64,000 nucleotides of DNA. It comes from the human T2T-CHM13v2.0 reference genome, Homo sapiens. Numbering within the stretch: the first letter of the stretch is position 1; each line of letters opens with the position of its first letter. Location: the NCBI RefSeq assembly GCF_009914755.1, contig NC_060935.1; one strand, given 5' to 3'. The notes under the pieces are model-generated. The model searched no databases and was not told where the DNA came from. It saw only the letters and a list, made by a program, of their open reading frames with translations. Positions 39,035 through 53,761 of this stretch are shown piece after piece. The position numbers and the translations under genes were made by a program.

Positions 39035-40738
39035 TACAAACTGTACTATAAGGAGATAAAATTTTAGTGATGTAGCAGGTTAAATTTTAAAAATGGGTTA
39101 GGGCAGATGCCACATACATAATGCCAAAAATATACACTCTTTACTCAGTGGCATGTTTTATAATTATAAAGAAATTGTGTGTCAATGCTTCTGTCTAATC
39201 AGTAGACAAGAGATGGTACAGAATGATTATGTTAAATTTGAGGTTTGGCGTTTAAAGAAAGATGGAGCACACTGATTAAGATTTCATGCACAAAACACAG
39301 CAGGAGCTGATGAGGAAATCACTGGAGTCAGAGTGGTTCTGTGGATACTGACGGCCTGAATCCAAAGATGACAGAAATTGAGGAATGAAAATTGGCAGCA
39401 GAAACTGCCCTGAGAGTAAGAGAGTCCGATATACTGTGTAGACCTATAATGTAAATGAAGTGCTTTCAACTATGATATGTCTCTGAAAATAGACTGAGTC
39501 AAGTATACAGAGATGGTGTATTTATATGTATTTATTTCTCTCTTATTTGACAATAATTACCTGTACAATCAATAATTATATAGGAAAAAAATAAAAAGAA
39601 TGATACCTCTAAACATTCGAAAATCCATTTTACTACACAGATAGTTATAATGTAAATCAAAGCTATATTTTTTTGTTGCTAATCATATTGGTGAAAAGTC
39701 AACAAAGATAATACTCAGAAAATAGGCAATTTTTGAACACTGCTAGTTGAATTTTTTTTTGGGGGGGCATTTTAACATTACAAATAGGAATGGCAAAAAT
39801 ATTATGATAGTATAATAGCTTTTAATTTCCTCAAAGAAAATATATATGTGAAAGTCATACTCACCTGACACTTTTATTATGAGTGGAAAAAAATGTATAC
39901 AGGATATAGATAAGTATATAATGCAAGCATACTGTTGAATATTACAATGTCATCAATAGTATGAAAAACTATAGATCGCATGGGTAATTGCTATATTGAA
40001 ATGAAGAAGAGAATGGAATGTACACACATATATGGGTATATATTGAGTTAATCAAATGACGTATTTTATAAATAGAAACACATATACATATACATACATA
40101 AAATACTTCAGAGCTTTTAATTCTGAATATGGTAGATAAATGTATGTAAATTAATAAATACCCATGTAACCACCCTCTAGCTTACTAACTAAAACATACA
40201 TGAAATAATTCAATTTAAATTTGTGAATTTTTCTTGAAGAATTGCTAGGTAAGAAAACATATCCTAACAATATATTTAACCTTATAAATAAATATTTTTA
40301 AATTAAGATAGCTAAAACAAAGATGTAAGGAAGTCCTGATTCAAGCTCAAATATGCATATTAGAAAAATTGATATATGGCAAAAGTGGCATTACAACTTA
40401 GTTGGGAATTTGTGGATAAATTATATGAGAAATAGTGCTGATGGAATTAATTATCAAAATGAGGAAAGAGGATTTTGAATCCTTTACATCTAGCCATTCA
40501 CAGAAATCAATGTCAGTCATATGGAATGTTTAAATTGAAAGAAAATAGATTAAAATCTTTAAAAAATATTTTTGGCCCCAGGAAAAATGAAGAAGCTTAT
40601 ATTAGGCTGACATAACCACAGAAGAATGTTAGTAATTGGTCAAAATACATATAATAAAAATGTATAAAACAATTAGGACATTGGAGAAAAAAGGAGGCAT
40701 GCAGGATTGAAGGCTATGATGAATGAAAAAAGGACAAC

Positions 40739-41073
<335 letters not shown>

Positions 41074-41729
41074 TCACATCTACTTTTTTAAACTTAATGT
41101 CATATTTTCTAAATCTCAGCATAAAATGAAAGGTAATCCATTCAGAAAGTAGCAGTTTTACTGGACTGAACAGAGTTTGGAAATTGTAAAGTGGCTGGAA
41201 TTAAAGGGCAAAACCCTAGAGAAGACAGAAATGCAGAAAAGTTCCATGAATGCTGCTTACAGACCACCTGCGCCACACAGCTGTAAGCTCAGCCATGTAC
41301 AAAGCAAGTATTCATAAAGCATAGCAAAAAAATCCAGCTGGGAAGCTGAAGAGTAAAGACATTTCAGCACGTCCTGGGGGAGAAAAAGTATTGAAAACCT
41401 GACAAAGTGGCACGGACTTATTAAGAGCAGTTGGCTTTCATTTGAGTCTCCAGAAGGATGAACCCCTAGATGAAATGGCCGGGCCCTATACATAAGGACA
41501 ACATCACAGAGCTAGGAGTAAAACAGAGCCTAAGTCCAAAATTTAAGCCTCCTTAGAGAGGAGAATAATTCATCTAACCTCTTTCTCATTCACTCTCTCT
41601 CCCCTGACCCCACCACCCCACCTACAAGAGTCAAGATCTATTAAAAATTATGGGAATATTTTTGACTTTAAAAATTTTGTTATATTTTTGTTCAGATTGT
41701 GCACATGAAATACATATTACTTATACAGT

Positions 41730-42527
<798 letters not shown>

Positions 42528-42879
42528 GTAGAATACATTACATTTCCTCTTTTCACTTCTAATCCTTCTAGTGTTTCTGGTCATGTGGTGAAATATATTT
42601 TCTAGGAAAAATTTGCCTATGATATCTCTGTTAGGAGGACTGTATGGAAGTGAGAGAGGACCATTTGGAAAAAAAAAGAATATGCTAATATTTTTCTTTA
42701 TCCTTGGAAATAACTTGGAAAGCATTTCAATGTTAATAAAAATCATCAATGATATAACAGATACTTTGTTTCGGATGACAGAATATTTTCATATGGAAAT
42801 CAGTCATTATTTGGTGAGGTGTGGAGTCCATGGCCCATGCCTTCTACTCCTCTGGACTAGATTACTTTATTCTTAGATT

Positions 42880-44232
42880 CATAGTTTGAAAATATATTCT
42901 CCCATTCTGTAAGTTGTCTGTTTACTCTGTTGATAGTTTATTTCACTTTGCAGATGCTCTTTAATCAGAAGTCCCATTTGTCCATTTTGTATTTTGTTGC
43001 ATTTGCTTTTGAGGTCTTCATCATAAATTATCTGCCTAGGCCAATGTCTAGAAGAGTATTTCCTAGGTTTTCTACTAGGATTTTTACAGTTTTTGGTCTT
43101 ACAGTTAAGGTTTTAATCCATCTTAATTTTTGTGTATGGTGAGAATTAGGTGTCCAGTTTCTTTCTACTGCATATTGCTAACCAGTTTCCGCAGAATGAT
43201 TTATTGAATAGGGTGTCCTTTCCCCATTGTTTATTTTTGTCTGCTTTGTTGAAGATCAGTTAGTTTTAAGTGTGTGGCTTTTATTTCAGGAGTCTCTCCT
43301 GTTTATTGGTGTTCGTGTCAATTTTTATACCAGTGCCATGCTGTTTTGGTTACTATAGCCTTGTACTATAGTTTGAAGCCAGGAAATGTGATGCCTCTGG
43401 CTTTATTCTGTTGCTTTAAATTGCTTTGGCTATTCAGGCTCTTTTTTGGTTACATATAAATTGATTTTTTTTCTAGTTCATTGAAACATAATATTGTTAA
43501 ACTCATAGAGATAGTGTTGAATCTGTAGATTGCTTTGGGCATTAAGGGCATTTCCCAATATCAATTCTTCCAACACATGAGCATGAAATTATTTTTCATT
43601 CATGTGTATTGTCTGTAGTTTCTTTCAGCAGTGTTTAGTAATTCACCTCATACATATCTTTCACCTTCTTGATTAAATATATTCCTAGGTTTTTTTTGTG
43701 TGTGTGGCTATTGTAAATGGGATTATCTTGTTGATTTGCTTCTCCACTTGAACATTATTGGTGTATAGAATTGCTGCTGAAGAGTCTTAATTACTCAGAC
43801 TTTATTACTGAGATATACTGAGACTTTGCTGAAGTCATTTATCAGGTCAAGGAGTCTTTTGGGAAAATCATCTGGGTTTCCTATAAAATCATATCAGCAA
43901 AGTGAGAAAACTTTGCTTCCTCTTTTGCTATTTAGATGCCTTTTATTTCCTTCTCTTGCCTGATTGCTCTGGCTAGCACTTCCAGTACTATGTTGAATAT
44001 GAGTGGTGAGAGTGGACATCTTTGCCTTGTTGCAGTTCTTAGGAAGAATGCTTCCAACATTTGCCCATTCAGTACAATATTGGCTGTGAGTTTGTCAAAG
44101 ATGATTCATTATTATGAGGTATGCTTCTTTGATGCTAGTTTCTTGGGTTTTTTTAATTGTAAAACGATGTTGGATTTTATTGAATGATTTCTCTGCATCT
44201 ATAGAGATGATCATATGGTTTTTGTTTTTAAG
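42880..44232 (-). mobile_element. L1 ORF2 fragment (L1PB/L1MA-type), truncated at both ends
   Basis: TTCTCCCATTCTGTAAGTTGTCTGTTTACTCTGTTGATAG...CCAGTACTATGTTGAATATGAGTGGTGAGAGTGGACATC. Confidence 0.85.
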
Positions 44233-44234
44233 TC

Positions 44235-45451
44235 TATATAAATTTTATTTCTTAACATAAACTCTATCAAGGACAAGGCACTTTTGTAAGAGATACCAGC
44301 TATTTAGTTCATCCTAAAGAGATGAAGAATTTAATCATGTGAATGCAGTCTTCTTTACATTATTAACTGAAAAACAATGGGTGTCCTTTCCAACTGTTTT
44401 AATATTAGGAATCAAAAATAAATCAGAAGGAACCTAATCATAACAGTAAGGTGGATGGCTACAGTTTTATGATAGAAATTTTCACAAATCTGTTCTTGCT
44501 TGATGCAAGTAATGAATAGGAGCATTGTTGTGGTACAGAAGGACTCTCCGGTGAAGTTTAGCTGGGCATTTTTCTGCTAAAGCTTTGGCTAACTTTCTCG
44601 AAAATCTCTTATAATGAGCAGATGTTATCATTCTTGGGCTCTCCAGAGAGCCATCAAGGTAAATGCTTTCAGCATACTAAGTAAACTATTGTCATGTCCT
44701 TTGTTCTTGAACAATCCACTTTTGCATTGACTTAACAACTTCCATTCTTGGTAGCCATTGCTTTGATTATGTTTTTGTTTTCAGGATCATACTGGTAAAC
44801 CATGTTTTATCTCTTGTTACAGTTATTTGAAAAAATTCTCAAGGATCTTGACCATATTTATTTAAAATTTCAATGAAAGTCTCCACTATTGACTGTGGCT
44901 AATCTTGGTGTAATAGCTTTGGCACACATCACGTGGAAAGTTTGCTGAACTTTAATTTTTTTGATAGAATTGTGTACGCTGAGCCAATTGAAATGTCTAT
45001 GCTGTGGGTTACAGTTTGTGTTGTTAATCATCTGTTCTTTTCAGTTAGGGAATTATAAAGATTACTTTTTCCTTTGGAAATTAATGTTGATGATGTGCTA
45101 CTGCAGAATTCGTTTTCAACATTGTCTTACCCCTTCTTAAAATGAGTTATCTATCTGTAAACTGCTGATTTCTATGGGGCATTGCCCCCATAAACTTTTA
45201 ATAAAGCATTATTTCCCCATTCTTCCACCCAAATTTCATGTTTATTCTTGCTTCAATTTTAGCAGAATTTGTGCTGCTCTGATAGGAGCCTTTTCAGAGT
45301 GATGTCTTATTTTGTTTAGTGCCTCAAGTTAGATCCCGTTTAGTTGTGTTATAACAAGTATATATGAGTTTATTTTGATGGAAAACATTTTGAAGCCCAT
45401 ACTTTTTTTTAATAATACACATTTTTTGTGAACTTTTCAAATGAACCCTTG
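44235..45451 (-). mobile_element. HSMAR2 mariner transposon, near full length, decayed, one TIR missing
   Basis: Minus strand reads TA|CAAGGGTTCATTTGAAAAGTTCAC (TIR), then GAGGCACTAA...AATTCTGCTAAAATTGAAGCAAGAA...GGGTGGAAGAATGG...AAGTTTATGGGGACAATGCCCC. Confidence 0.88.
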
Positions 45452-45727
45452 TACATTATCTTCAGAAAGAAAATAATACTCAAATTAATTATTATAGCAC
45501 AATCCAGGCTTTATTCAACATTTTAAATTGCTTATATCTACAATTAGTTTCATAGTGCTTAGAAATTGACATGTAATAATTTAACCCAGAATACATACTA
45601 ACTGCATGTGGGTTAATTTAACAACTTGATGTATTTTAACCAACTTTTTCTTTTTGCATTTTATGTTTGTACATATATTTAGTTGAAAGTCATATGTTGT
45701 GTTATAAGTCATGTAAAAATAGAAATA

Positions 45728-46280
45728 CACTTTATCATTGTTATCCATGGAGGATTGGTTTTGGGACCTCCATGGGTACCAAAAACTATAATACTCATCT
45801 CTTACATAAAATGGTATATTTGCATATAACCTAAGCACATCCACCAGTATACTTTAAATCATCTTCAGATTATTTATAATACCTAGTATAATTTAAATGC
45901 TGTGCAGTTTTGAAGTTTAAGCCCCATTGTCTAGTTTTCATTTTATTTTATTTTTCTTGTGCTTTTGAGGTCTTAGTCATCAATTCTTTGCCTAGACAAA
46001 TGTCCAGAAGTACTTTTTCCCTAGATTTTCTTCTAGGATTTTTATATTTTCAGGTCTTACATTTAAGCCTCTGATCCCTCTTAAGTTGATGTTTGTGAGC
46101 GGTGAGAGACAAGAGTCCAGTCCATAATTGTTGTATCAAGTTGTTTATGTAATAATGACAATAAAAAGTCTGTACATGTTCACTACAGATGGAAACATCC
46201 TTTTTTATTTTTGGAAAAATTTTGATCTGTAGTTGGTTGAATCCACAGATTTGGAAACCACAGATTTTGAGGACCAATTG
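45728..46280 (-). mobile_element. MER2 (Tigger2-derived MITE) interrupted by a 228-bp L1-derived insert
   Basis: TATCCATGGAGGATTGGTT...GGTTGAATCCACAGAT with TA flanks. MER2 sequence resumes at ~46126 almost where it stopped at ~45900. Confidence 0.85.
45898..46125 (+). repeat. Dispersed direct copy of 48001-48226 (antisense L1 segment)
   Basis: About 92% identical by manual alignment; both start TGCTGTGCAGTTTTGAAGTT and end CAAGAGTCC(A/G)GTCCAT. Confidence 0.92.
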
Positions 46281-46754
46281 TATATTCATTTACTAACATA
46301 TAGTCCTCAGAGTACTTGCATTGATGAATAATGTATAGAATCATTAACCTCAACTATGCATCTTTTTTGGGAAAAATTATTATCTTATGAAATATAAGCA
46401 AGCCCAGAGTCTCATGGGTTCTTAATATTCCCCATCAATATGTATTTCATAATATCAAGATTAATATGATTTCTAGCTTGAATGCATTATATAGTCACAA
46501 TTCGAGACATCTATTTCAGATATATGGAATTTTACATTAAATTCAACAAAAGATAACCAACAGAGCAGTCTTTCATATTGACAATTTATAATTTTTACTT
46601 CATTTATTAACTTTATTCATAACTTTCTATTTCTTTCTATGCAGTTGCTTTTTTCCCTGGTAAAATCCAACATGTCTTTGAGTAAAAAAAGTTGAGATAT
46701 GATCAACTTCTCTAACACTCCCATTTGCTAAAGTATTTTCCAAAGAAAGGCCTA

Positions 46755-46925
46755 AAGACTGTTTAATTATATTGTGCCTTCATTTTCTCATCTGTACAAT
46801 ACACCAGTTAATACTTAATGCTCAGGATTACTATTGGAATTAAATTACATATGTATTATTTAATTCTAATATATGTGTAACTTTAGTACAAAGCTTAATA
46901 TGAAGAGTTCAACAAATGACAGCTT
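46755..46925 (+). mobile_element. MIR
   Basis: TGTGCCTTCATTTTCTCATCTGTACAAT core. Confidence 0.65.
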
Positions 46926-46999
46926 TAAAAACAGTTAGACCTCAATATTTTAAAATCTATTATCTAGAATTCCAATAAAACTAGGCACATAAACAATAT

Positions 47000-49173
47000 T
47001 TATTATTTGTATAAATTTAAAGGCTATAAGTGCAATTTTATTATATGATTATATTGTGTAGTGGTAAAGTCTTTGCTTTTGGTGTATGTATCACCTGAAT
47101 AATGTACATTTTATTCATTAATCTCCCATCAGTCACCCTGCTTTTCTTCCTGCCATTCTGAGTTTCCAATAACTATTCCATATTCTATGTCCATATGTAC
47201 ACATTATTTAGCCCCCACTTATAAGTGATAAAATGCAGTCTTTGACTTTCTCTTTCAGAGTAGTTTCACTTGACTGTATGTTGTTGGAAAAGACATAATT
47301 TCATTCCTTTTTATGGCTGAATAATATTCCCTTTTCTGTATTCCATCATCCACTGGTATTTATATCAAAGTTTTTAATCCAATGCATACCACATTTTCTT
47401 ATCCAATACCACATTTTCTTTATTCAGTCATCCATTGATTGACACTTACGTTGGTTCCATATATTTGCTACTGTGAATAGTGATGTTAGAAAGATACAGG
47501 TATAGGTATCTTTATGACATAATGCCTTTTCTTTTAGATAGATACTCAAGTACTGGGATTGCTGGATCAAATGGTAGTTCTATTTTTAGTTATCTGAGAA
47601 ATCTCCATGCTGTATTCCATAAAGGCTACACTAATTGGCATTTCTACCAACAATGTATAAGTGTTCAATTTTCTCCACATCTTTGCCAGCATCTGTTATT
47701 TTCTGACTTTTTGATAACAGCCATTCTGACTGGTTTAAGATAACATTTCATTGTGATTTTAATTTGCATTTATCTGATAATTAGTGATGTTGAGCCCTTT
47801 TCCATATAGCTGTTGGCCATTTGTATGTCTCTATTTATGTCCTTTGCCTACTTTTTAATAAGGTTATTGTAAATTTTTTGTTGAATTATTTGAATTCCTT
47901 ATAAATTGGTCCCATGTTGGATGCATACTTTGCAAATATTTTCTCCCATTTTGCAGGTTGTCTTTTCACTCTGTTGATTATTACTATTATTATTATTATT
48001 TGCTGTGCAGTTTTGAAGTTGAAGCCCCATTGTCGATTTTTCATTTTATTTTTTTTTCTTGTGCTTTTGAGTTCTTAGTCATCAATTATTTGCCTAGACC
48101 AATGTCCAGAAGTATTTTTTCCTAGATTTTCTTCTAGGATTTTTGTATTTTCAGGTCTTACATTTAAGCCTCTAATCTGTCTTGAGTTGATGTTTCTGTG
48201 TGGTGAGAAACAAGAGTCCGGTCCATTTATTCTTCTGCATATGGCAATCTGATTTTCCAAGTACATTTTATTGAAAAGATTGTTCTTTTCCCGGTGTATG
48301 TTTTTGTTGACATTGTCAAAGATTAATTGGCTGTAAAATGTGGCTTTATTTCTAGGTGCTCAGTTCTGTGTCATTGATCTATGTGTCTATTTTTATACTA
48401 GTACCTTTCTGTTTAGTTACTATTGCCTTGCATTATAATTTGAGGTTAGGTAGGGATGTTTTCAGCTTTCTTTTGCTTAGGATTGCTTTCAATATTTGGG
48501 CTCTTTGATTTGGTACCATGAGAATTTTAGAATTGTTTTTCCTAATTCTGTGGAAAATAACATTGGTAATTTGATAGCAATAGTATTGAATCTGTAAGTT
48601 GCTTTGGGCAATATGGTCATTTAAATGATATTAATTCTTTTGATCCGTGAGCATGGGATGTTTTTCCATTTGTTTTTGTGTCATCTATAATTTCTCTCAT
48701 CAGTGTTTTGTAGTTTTCCTTGGGGAGGTCTTTCACCTCCTTGGTTAAATATATTCCTAGTTATTTTATTTTTTTTAGTTATGAAAATATGAGTGCCTTC
48801 TTGTTTTGGTTCTCCATTTAATTGTTATTGGTATATAGAAATATTACTGATTTTTCACATTGATTTGGTATCCTGAAACTTTAGGGAATTCATTGATCAA
48901 ATCTGAGTTTTTTGGTGGCGTCTTTAGGGTTTTCTAGATAAAAGATCATATTGTCCGTAAACAGGGATAATTTTACTTCTTGTTTTCTAATTTGAATACT
49001 TTTTATTTGTTTCAACAACATGCTCTTGAAGAATCTTTGGGTCAACAACGAAATCAAGATGGAAATTTTAAAAATGTTTTAAATGAATAAAAATGGAAAC
49101 AATACCAAAACCTCTGGAATACAACAAAATCAGTGCTAATAGGGAAGTTTGTATCATTAAATGCCTACATCAA
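47000..49173 (-). mobile_element. L1PB4-like LINE, 5'-truncated, with a short inverted 5' arm (49014-49173 plus)
   Basis: Minus-strand 3' end TTTGTATAAATTTAAAGGCTATAAGTGCAATTTT...TAGTGGTAAAGTC. Flips to AACAACATGCTCTTGAAGAATCTTTGGGTCAACAACGAAATCAAG at ~49014. Confidence 0.88.
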
Positions 49174-50799
49174 TTACATATTTGAAGATTTATAGGTTAT
49201 TACAGGTTATATAAATTTATAAGTTTTCTTTATGGTATTAACAGAAGTTTTAATTTGTTATATGGTAACTATTATTTTGCAAACATACTTTGGAAAATGT
49301 TTCAATTTAATATTCTGAAAACAATCCTGGAATCTACAGCCTACTATGTGACTGAATAGGCTTTGTAGATTGAGGTCTCTTTTAACTTTAATACTTATGG
49401 AAATAGAGAATAGATGTCAATTGATTGAGTTCCAAGGCACTGATTGGTTTGCATGTGTTAGAGGATAGAGCCACTGTCTCCTGATGTTTAAACCTCTCCC
49501 TGCCACACACAAACTCTTCTACTTTCTTTTTCTTTGTGTTTGATAAACTGATGCATTGCCTGTTTTTCTGGCAAGCTCTATTTTATTTCTCTCTCTTTTT
49601 TGTTATCTGCCTTCTTGTAGTATTATTATATTTCTTATTACATATTACATACATAAAAATTGAGAAATACTGTGCCTCCAAACATTTGGTTTTATTACCT
49701 TTCTAATACTTTTAAATTTTATAGTTTAATACTCCCATTCTTAGTACATTTTAATGCTATAGTTGCCTAGAGTATAATTTATATTAAAACTACTTTTGCC
49801 CTTGGAACTTGAACAACTTACCAGTTTGTATATCAGACTCATAGCAGAGACATACAGCTAGAATAAAATATGAAATGGTAAGGTGAGGTGGTTCTTACTT
49901 GCATCAATATCCATCGTTTTAATATTACACCTGGGAATAGGCTTTAGGTAGTACTATACCTAGTCCACACTTCCTAATAATTCCAGTGTGTATTTGGAAG
50001 CCCATCCTGCCAGCAAGTGATTTTAGGGAAATAAAAGTCAGGACTATAATATAAATAATTTAACAAAAACCCCAGTCATATATGTGGGTCTGTGAATGTA
50101 CTCATTATTAGGACTTGGATGAGCATGAAAATAAACATGAGTGACTACAACAGAAAAAAGAGAGAGGAAAAACAGCCTCAACCATAGTGCTGTGATTGTG
50201 CCATTTAATTGTACTACCTTTTCTAAAGTAAGTGGCCCAAAACTTATTTCGAAACTATAAATAAATAAATATAATTCATTCCATAACTACACCTGTCAAA
50301 ACACTCAATCCTTGATTTATTAGCAATGAGGCTATGGAAATAATTATTATTATTTTTGAAATTTCAGGAACATAGAATCCATTGGTTTCATATGTGTTTT
50401 TATCACATGAAATTTGCACATAGTTTGGGGCTTTTGGAGTTTAATTATGTAGGCCTTGCTCTTTGGTGGAAAACTACCTGATGCACCATTTTTAAATACG
50501 GAGTTTATCCTATTTTATTTTCCTTTGAAGGGAATTACTTTCCTATTTTATATGATTAAGAATATGGGCTCTTACTTTTCTTGTTAATATCGGAAAGGGT
50601 AGGCTAACCTGCAGATATTTGCTTCTCTGGTTTAATGCTGCTATTTTCTGTGCTTTTTTTTCACTGGCTGATTTCTTTTCCTAGCAAGCACTTTTAAACA
50701 TTTTGGGTAACTGAATTTCTTGAGTAATTAATGATAGTCACATTCCACTTGGAAAAGTAAATGCTAATCCTTACCCATGCTTAAAGTACCCCCACCCTT

Positions 50800-50907
50800 T
50801 GTTTAATGTTCTGTGGTTGCTGTGTTATAATAAATATTTTTATTTTAAAAAGGAGATCAACATTTTCATTTTGCATTGGTACTCACAAATTGTGTAACTA
50901 GTCCTGA
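50800..50907 (+). mobile_element. MER91-like 3' fragment
   Basis: CATTTTCATTTTGCATTGGTACTCACAAATTGTGTAACTAGTCCTG, similar to 37075-37118. Confidence 0.5.
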
Positions 50908-51419
50908 TTTCAGGAATCTCTACAATGGGTCCCAGCCATGAGTATTTTGAAAAACGTCCCATTGGTTTAGATGAACACTCCTTATTATGCAAAAGCAAGT
51001 ATCTATACTTAGATAGATCGCTAGATAGATACTTGTTGTGTAATATTGGCTCAAAATATAGGCTCAAAATATTGGTATAAGCATACTAGTGTATCCACAT
51101 ATAATCCTGTAAAAGAAAAAAATACCCTATAAACATAAAGTAACACATTTATAAATGCATGCAAAAAAGAATTTAGGCATTAATTGACAAGAAATTTTAA
51201 GAAGTAACTAAAAGATAAATATGTGGAGAGAAACAAACCCAGGAGAATCTACAATTCTAAGCCTATGATGGGGTAAATGGCCGCTGAATTGGTCATGAAT
51301 TTCAAGCTACAAGTTCTCTGAAAGAAAGAAGAGTCACTCTATGATTGGTGAGTTTGTATATTATCCCAGGTATGGCAAATGGGGAAATATGCTGCTCATA
51401 TCTACTGCTGCAAGAAACA

Positions 51420-51815
51420 TTGTTGACTCACAGCTCTGCTGTTGTCCTCCTGGGTTCACAAATGTGTCTGGGCTGAGGGAATATTTTCTGCAAGCTGCTT
51501 GCAGCTCATGTCTGAGCATAGCAGGGGTATTAGGCCCATTCTTGCCTAGGGCAGGACTCCTCCAGCAGATGACACTGTCTTAAGGACCTTCCATCAACCT
51601 TGTGAAATCTTTCTTAGAACTGCGCTGCAGTATGTGATCCACCTGTCTCTTCCATTTGCCTTCCATCTCTCTCCTCCGTTATTGTTAGACCTGCTTTGCA
51701 CTTTTTGGACTTCACTTTATCTAATTCCTTCCACAGTATCCTTCACAGGTATTTTCCTCAATAAATTACTTGAATGTCTACTCCTGAGTGGGTAGTTGCT
51801 TCTCTGAGGTAGCTA
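51420..51815 (+). mobile_element. ERVL solo LTR (LTR16-like)
   Basis: CTTAGAACTGCGCTGCAG...CCTTCACAGGTATTTTCCTCAATAAATTACTTGAATGTCTA...GCTTCTCTGAGG. Confidence 0.7.
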
Positions 51816-52490
51816 GTTATTGAACTTCAAGAAACAAAGGGAGCCTCTCTCCTCCAGGAAAAAAAAAGCTAATCTCTTAAATTATTAGACTACCATTAAA
51901 AAGCCATAATTCACATACATAAAATAATAGAAGATGAAGAACTACAGTGCATTTGAGGAAAATCAATAAATATATAACACAAGTTTCAGAATTTATGCCC
52001 TAATAGTTCAAAAAGAAAGAATAAAAAGGATGGAAGAAAATAATATAGAGCATAGTCCCAAAAGTATGAAAAAATGAAAATGCAAAAATAAAACAGCTTC
52101 AAACAAATTTCTAAAAGCCTATAAAAAGTAAAGAAAATTCTTAAAATTCCTGAGAAAGAGAGAAGAATGAGCAACATATTGACCGTAGAATTGACACAGG
52201 TATTCTGATCACCAAGAACAAACTAAACCCAAAACTGGCAGAAGGAAGGTAGTAATAAAGATTAGTACACAGACAAATAAAATAGACATTAACAAATAAT
52301 AGACAAAATTAAAAGTTCTTCAAAATATCAACAACATTGACAATTAGGCATATTGCCATAGACAAAAAAGAGACAAGACCCAAACTGTTAAAATCAGAAA
52401 AAAAAATGGAGACATTAGTACCATTTTATAAAACTAAGAAGGATCATGAGAGTGTACTATGAACAGTTGTATGCCAACAGATTGGATAGT

Positions 52491-52862
52491 TTTCTTAGTT
52501 TCTTTGTGCTTCTATAACAAAATACTAAATATTGGGTTATTTATAAATCATGGAAATTTATTTCTCATAGTTGTGGAGGCTGGGAAGTCCAAGATCAAAG
52601 TACTGGCAGGTTCAGTGTCTGGTGAGGGCCGAGTCTGTTTCAAAGATTGCACCTTGAACCCTGTATCCTCACATGGCAAAACAAAGGGGAAAAAAGGAAG
52701 CTGCTATTTCTCTACAGCCCTTTTTTCAAGGGACTAATCCTATCCATGAGAGCACAGCCCTCCTGGCCTAATCACTCTTTAAAGGCCTCACTTCTTAATA
52801 CGGTTGTAGTGGAGATTAAGATTCAACATTAATTTTGGAGGGGCAATATTCAAATGATAGCA
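52491..52862 (-). mobile_element. MaLR solo LTR (MSTD/MLT1A-like)
   Basis: GAAATTTATTTCTCATAGTTGTGGAGGCTGGGAAGTCCAAGATCAA...ATTCAAATGATAGCA. Confidence 0.85.
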
Positions 52863-53709
52863 GTAACCTAGATGAAATAGACATATTCCTAAAAGCACGA
52901 AACCTATTAAAACTCAGTCATGAGTAAATAAAAACAACTTGAATATACCTACAACTAATAGATTGAATCAGTAATTTAAAATATCCCAACCAAGAAAAGG
53001 ACTACATGGCTTCACTAGTAAATTTTAGAAAGCATTTAAAGAACTAACACCACTGCTTCTCAAACTCTTCGAAAAATTTAAAGTGGAGGAATATTTCCCA
53101 ACTCATCTTAAGAGGTGAGAATTACCCTCTTACCAAAGCCCAACAAAGATGCTACGAGAAAACTAGAGACCAATGCTCCTGATTAATATTGATGCAAAAA
53201 TCCTCAACAAAATAGTAGCAAAATCCTGCAGCATCTTAAAATAATTATACCTACTCACCTATTGGGATTTATTCCTGGGACACAAGAATGCTTCAACATA
53301 TGAAATTAAATCAATTTAGTACATTATGCGAACAGAATGAAGGGGGAAATAAATGATATGAACATCTCAATTGATGTATAGGAAGTATTTGACAAAATTT
53401 ACCACTCCTTTACAATAAAATCACTGAACAATATAGAAATAGAAACAACTACCTCAAGGTAATAAAGGGCAACCCAAAGTGAACATTATACTCAATGATT
53501 AATGACTGAAAGCTTTCTCCTCTAAGATCAGGAACAAGACAGAGTATGCTCACTTTCTCCACTTCTATTTGATATTGTATTGGAAGTTCTAGCCAAAGTA
53601 ATTCAGCCATAAATAGACATAAAAGGCATTCAAATTGAAATGGAAGAAGTAAAATGATCTGTTTCCAGATGATGACAGGAGATTATATTTAGAAAACAGT
53701 CAATAATCA

Positions 53710-53712
<3 letters not shown>

Positions 53713-53760
<48 letters not shown>
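53713..53760 (+). repeat. (CA)24 perfect microsatellite
   Basis: Direct reading. Confidence 0.97.

Positions 53761-53761
<1 letters not shown>

Noticed and set aside
44235-45451. Possible domesticated mariner transposase
   Set aside because: The start codon is lost and the ORF track shows no ORF of 60 aa or more across the element.
51043-51072. Short tandem repeat of GGCTCAAAATAT; similar micro-duplications at ~47377-47420 and ~43790-43825
   Set aside because: Ordinary slippage-type micro-duplications with no sign of function.
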